This document shows positions 37,101 to 38,544 of a stretch of 38,544 nucleotides of DNA, in pieces. This stretch comes from Armatimonadota bacterium. Lineage in GTDB: Bacteria; Vulcanimicrobiota; JACPDS01; JBDRKI01. The DNA lies in NCBI GenBank assembly GCA_043814095.1, contig JBDRKI010000028.1, positions 1 through 38,544 of the forward strand. Direction: 5' to 3'. The stretch's first letter is position 1; each line of letters begins with the position of its first letter. The position numbers and the translations under genes are program-made. Under the pieces are notes generated by a model. It had not been told where the DNA came from and did no database searches. It worked only from the letters and a program-made list of their open reading frames with translations.

Positions 37101-38092
37101 TTCGGCCCGTCTTTTAAGTTAATTGTCATGGGCAGCATGGGGGCAGAAGCGCCGAAGCTTCCAGAGATGGCCACCCATGTATCATTTGTAAGAGTTCCTA
37201 TCTCTTTTATGGGCGAAGCAACTTTTGTGGAAATAAAATACGAAGGCACTATCGCCTGCACGTAAAAAACACTGAGCGGCATATCAACCGATCCCAGGTT
37301 AAGCATGCTGTGCGCAAATGCCAGGAATTTGCCGTCCTTTGAGTAAGTCAGCGTGCCTGCCGATGACACATCTATATCGCCCTTAACAAGCTGTACGCCG
37401 ACCGCGGCGCCGGGCGATAATTCATACTCAGCGTCTTTGTAATAAGAGCCGCCGCCCGTGTTTTTAAACACCGCTATATCGGAAAATTTTTCATTCAAAG
37501 CGTCAATATTTTTTTCGCTTAAACCGTTTACCTGGAACAGCGTCTTTAACGGAGTCATTACTAAAGAAGAATTTTCCTTCTCTTTTTTGGCTTTCTCCGC
37601 GTCACAACTGTTTAAGATCTTAACATTTTTATACTCTTTGCCTTCAATTGTGATTTTTCTTCCGGCGCCGGATGAGGTGCCGGCGGCTTTAGATGGCTTA
37701 TTTAAAACTTTAAGCATCTCTTCTATCGGCTGAACGCCGAATATTGTTGTTTTGCTGAAAGGTGAACCGTACGCTATACCGCCTATCAGTTTGCCGTCAA
37801 TATACACAGGGGACCCGCTCATTCCCGCAACTGGGCCTGTCTGATTCTGGAGGCAGTACCCGCCGTCAACCTCAATTAATATGGTGCTTATACCGTCATT
37901 ATATTTCCTGCTAACGCCCAGCACAGTTACCGGGAATTTCTCTATCTTTGTGCCGTTAAAAACGGTTAACCCGTACCCTTTCATCCCGGGGACTATCTCG
38001 CCAAGAGGCATTATCGGGGCGTCCGAGAAACAAGCGACGAAAGATAATGACAGAAATATAAATAAAAAAGTTATAATAAATAGTCTTTTCAT
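34166..38092 (-). CDS. Secreted SpoIVB-like (S55) serine peptidase fused to a beta-propeller and Ig-like C-terminal domains
   Basis: Signal peptide; PGMKGYGLTVF.G, AGMSGSPVYIDGKLIG, GTLTY...FLAFAH; E/K/D-rich linker (about 36046-36300); DSRGNIYA and DSSGNIYF propeller blades; YTWDTKKIPDGKYRIRL; GGAGG RBS. Confidence 0.85.
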   Translation of the reverse strand: MKRLFIITFLFIFLSLSFVACFSDAPIMPLGEIVPGMKGYGLTVFNGTKIEKFPVTVLGVSRKYNDGISTILIEVDGGYCLQNQTGPVAGMSGSPVYIDGKLIGGIAYGSPFSKTTIFGVQPIEEMLKVLNKPSKAAGTSSGAGRKITIEGKEYKNVKILNSCDAEKAKKEKENSSLVMTPLKTLFQVNGLSEKNIDALNEKFSDIAVFKNTGGGSYYKDAEYELSPGAAVGVQLVKGDIDVSSAGTLTYSKDGKFLAFAHSMLNLGSVDMPLSVFYVQAIVPSYFISTKVASPIKEIGTLTNDTWVAISGSFGASAPMLPMTINLKDGPKVKKFNIEVARIDHPIVSFVMSSAIGEAANAALIGDSAGAAKADIKFTLSDGRVIEYSDVFYDRLGPLYNIQSVFGVLAGIIKENEFEKVSFKDVDVDIEFIDKNLTARIEKIYLDKNKIDKGGDIFLHVVIKPYNGKVFEKTFKAEVPKSIQAGEINIGACGGQVFDLLEKRLHLPRKKITDFNQLVNRIETIEKNNQLVIKFVYPTDTVNISGRSYPFMPKYLVGILASSSQSIIEQEPNVQTQTLDTPYIITNFETTWVSVSQEVLKEKKKEDTAPEEESPAEEESQKESLCTRKFNFLMLNENGKPAEDTNKAEDEKDKDKEKDAAEKELKKEEVKDKKEETPKEDKDKVVPLTSFTSKDTEVKEFFAGQIKETAISDAGYITLSKEKDILYKPDSNFIYCSDYSSKLKSLIIADQDGNIINAGTGRVLATLPGGIITSVLNLPDGSILASSAPSGKIFKVSPYGGEVLFASLPVKYIWQLKYNNDAVWAATGIPAKLYKISLSGHAAEYASADDLHVKALTFKSGLPVIGTAERGIIYAVNGPGRLTPVCQCEGEAVLDLCADSRGNIYAACGHSLIKISKLGAFYGYSVKEDYITSVEVDENDEPVFGTAKSAKIYKLKKNEEILYLHDLKCGEIFDFSKDSSGNIYFTTGDYASAGVLKTGCAPKGEFISRVFDLKNTSDMGVFECEKNTPSAASVSVYTRSGQSADPDSKWSGWRSLNFSGGKAMIKSPPAEYFQYKVELKSGNSSAAPKFFGASFKHKPLFKTPFLVFLFPYTFDAWSGEKDIEWICGDTSLDLVRFSLYYRSEASNNWTEIDMDIPVSLKKKDMKNGNNPVSADMAYTWDTKKIPDGKYRIRLTAYNVLDKNLKAEMVSNPFRICNTKPEIKVVNKTVKDNILTVEGMITCKNVLPEYVSFSFDKKSWYTAIPVNGMFNNFEDFFIIKAAIPKDSKNRKAYIRAEDASGNKAEKEIDI

Positions 38093-38330
38093 AAATCCTC
38101 CAATTTTAATGTTTATTATTCAATACTTACCGTTTCTATCCTTTGTTTGATTTATAATTGTTAATTAAAGGCATTTAAAAAAAATATAGGAATTTACTTT
38201 AAATTATAAGATGAAACAGCTGAGCTTGAAATTCTGCGTTATGCAGCTTAATTGTTTCTATCTATCTATAAATTTCCAGTTACAGTCAAATCTTCTGTTG
38301 TTTTTTACTATAGATTATAGCTTTTTAGGT

Positions 38331-38388
38331 GTGCACTTTTAAATCTTAAATCCCATTAAAACGGTTCACTTTTAATTCTTAAATGACA
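38331..38388 (-). mobile_element. IS terminal repeat (probable left end of a remnant copy)
   Basis: Minus strand from 38388: TGTCA-TTTAAGAATTAAAAGTG...TTTAAGATTTAAAAGTGCAC; two copies of the motif that occurs inverted at 38409-38450. Confidence 0.6.
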
Positions 38389-38403
38389 AAAATAAAAATA
38401 TAC

Positions 38404-38544
38404 TGTTAGTTAAATTTTAAAAGTGCACACTTTAAGAATTAAAAGTGCACAAGCTGTAATTCACTATTTTTAACTCTCTGGACATCTATAAGTTTGCCTC
38501 TGCGCCAAAATCTTATCTCTGATATCTGGTTATTTATGGGATAG
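38404..38544 (-). mobile_element. IS right end with the 3' end of a probable transposase; element continues right beyond the window
   Basis: TGT terminus at 38404 with repeats TTAAATTTTAAAAGTGCAC and TTTAAGAATTAAAAGTGCAC. A minus-strand frame 38543-38439 (YPINNQISEIRFWRRGKLIDVQRVKNSELQLVHF*) stops inside the inner repeat. Confidence 0.6.

Noticed and set aside
38175-38190. Second copy of the 15-bp IS spacer (target duplication)
   Set aside because: Only about 11/15 match in poly-A sequence and not followed by a TGT terminus.
1-38544. tRNA, rRNA, CRISPR arrays, integron attC array, prophage genes
   Set aside because: None recognised by eye; the hairpins at 9092, 9807 and 11041 lack attC R/L boxes and extrahelical bases, and no integrase is present.

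Overview
AT-rich bacterial chromosomal window, probably from an anaerobe (lineage cannot be determined from this sequence). Left edge: an ISL3 element whose transposase is cut by an IS21-like end, then a small Cys-rich gene. Next come a lipoprotein built from three tandem caspase-like (peptidase C14) domains, of which only the last keeps the His/Cys dyad, and a minus-strand run lpdA, DUF296, M42 peptidase, SCIFF/ranthipeptide precursor (45 aa, five Cys, absent from the ORF track), radical-SAM maturase, methyltransferase. Then: orphan small genes; a Fic gene bracketed by two identical 22-bp hairpins; a group 3b [NiFe]-hydrogenase operon with a Rex-like operator and unusual ligand features; nadE; a secreted pilin-like gene behind a poly-G promoter; a TPR protein; hxlA-like, ispH and purB; the pyrR-B-C-K-D-F-E operon; a PilX/W/V-like + PilC + LysM-deacetylase operon; a DUF5674 gene pair; a 1308-aa S55 protease/beta-propeller fusion; and an IS end-to-end junction at the right edge. 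The strongest unexplained signal is an array of GTTAAC hexamers at 11-bp period in four intergenic regions, upstream of the caspase lipoprotein, two orphan small-gene loci and the pseudopilin operon. This suggests an undescribed OmpR/PhoB-type regulon for surface or secreted functions. All family calls come from motif recognition; no database searches were run.
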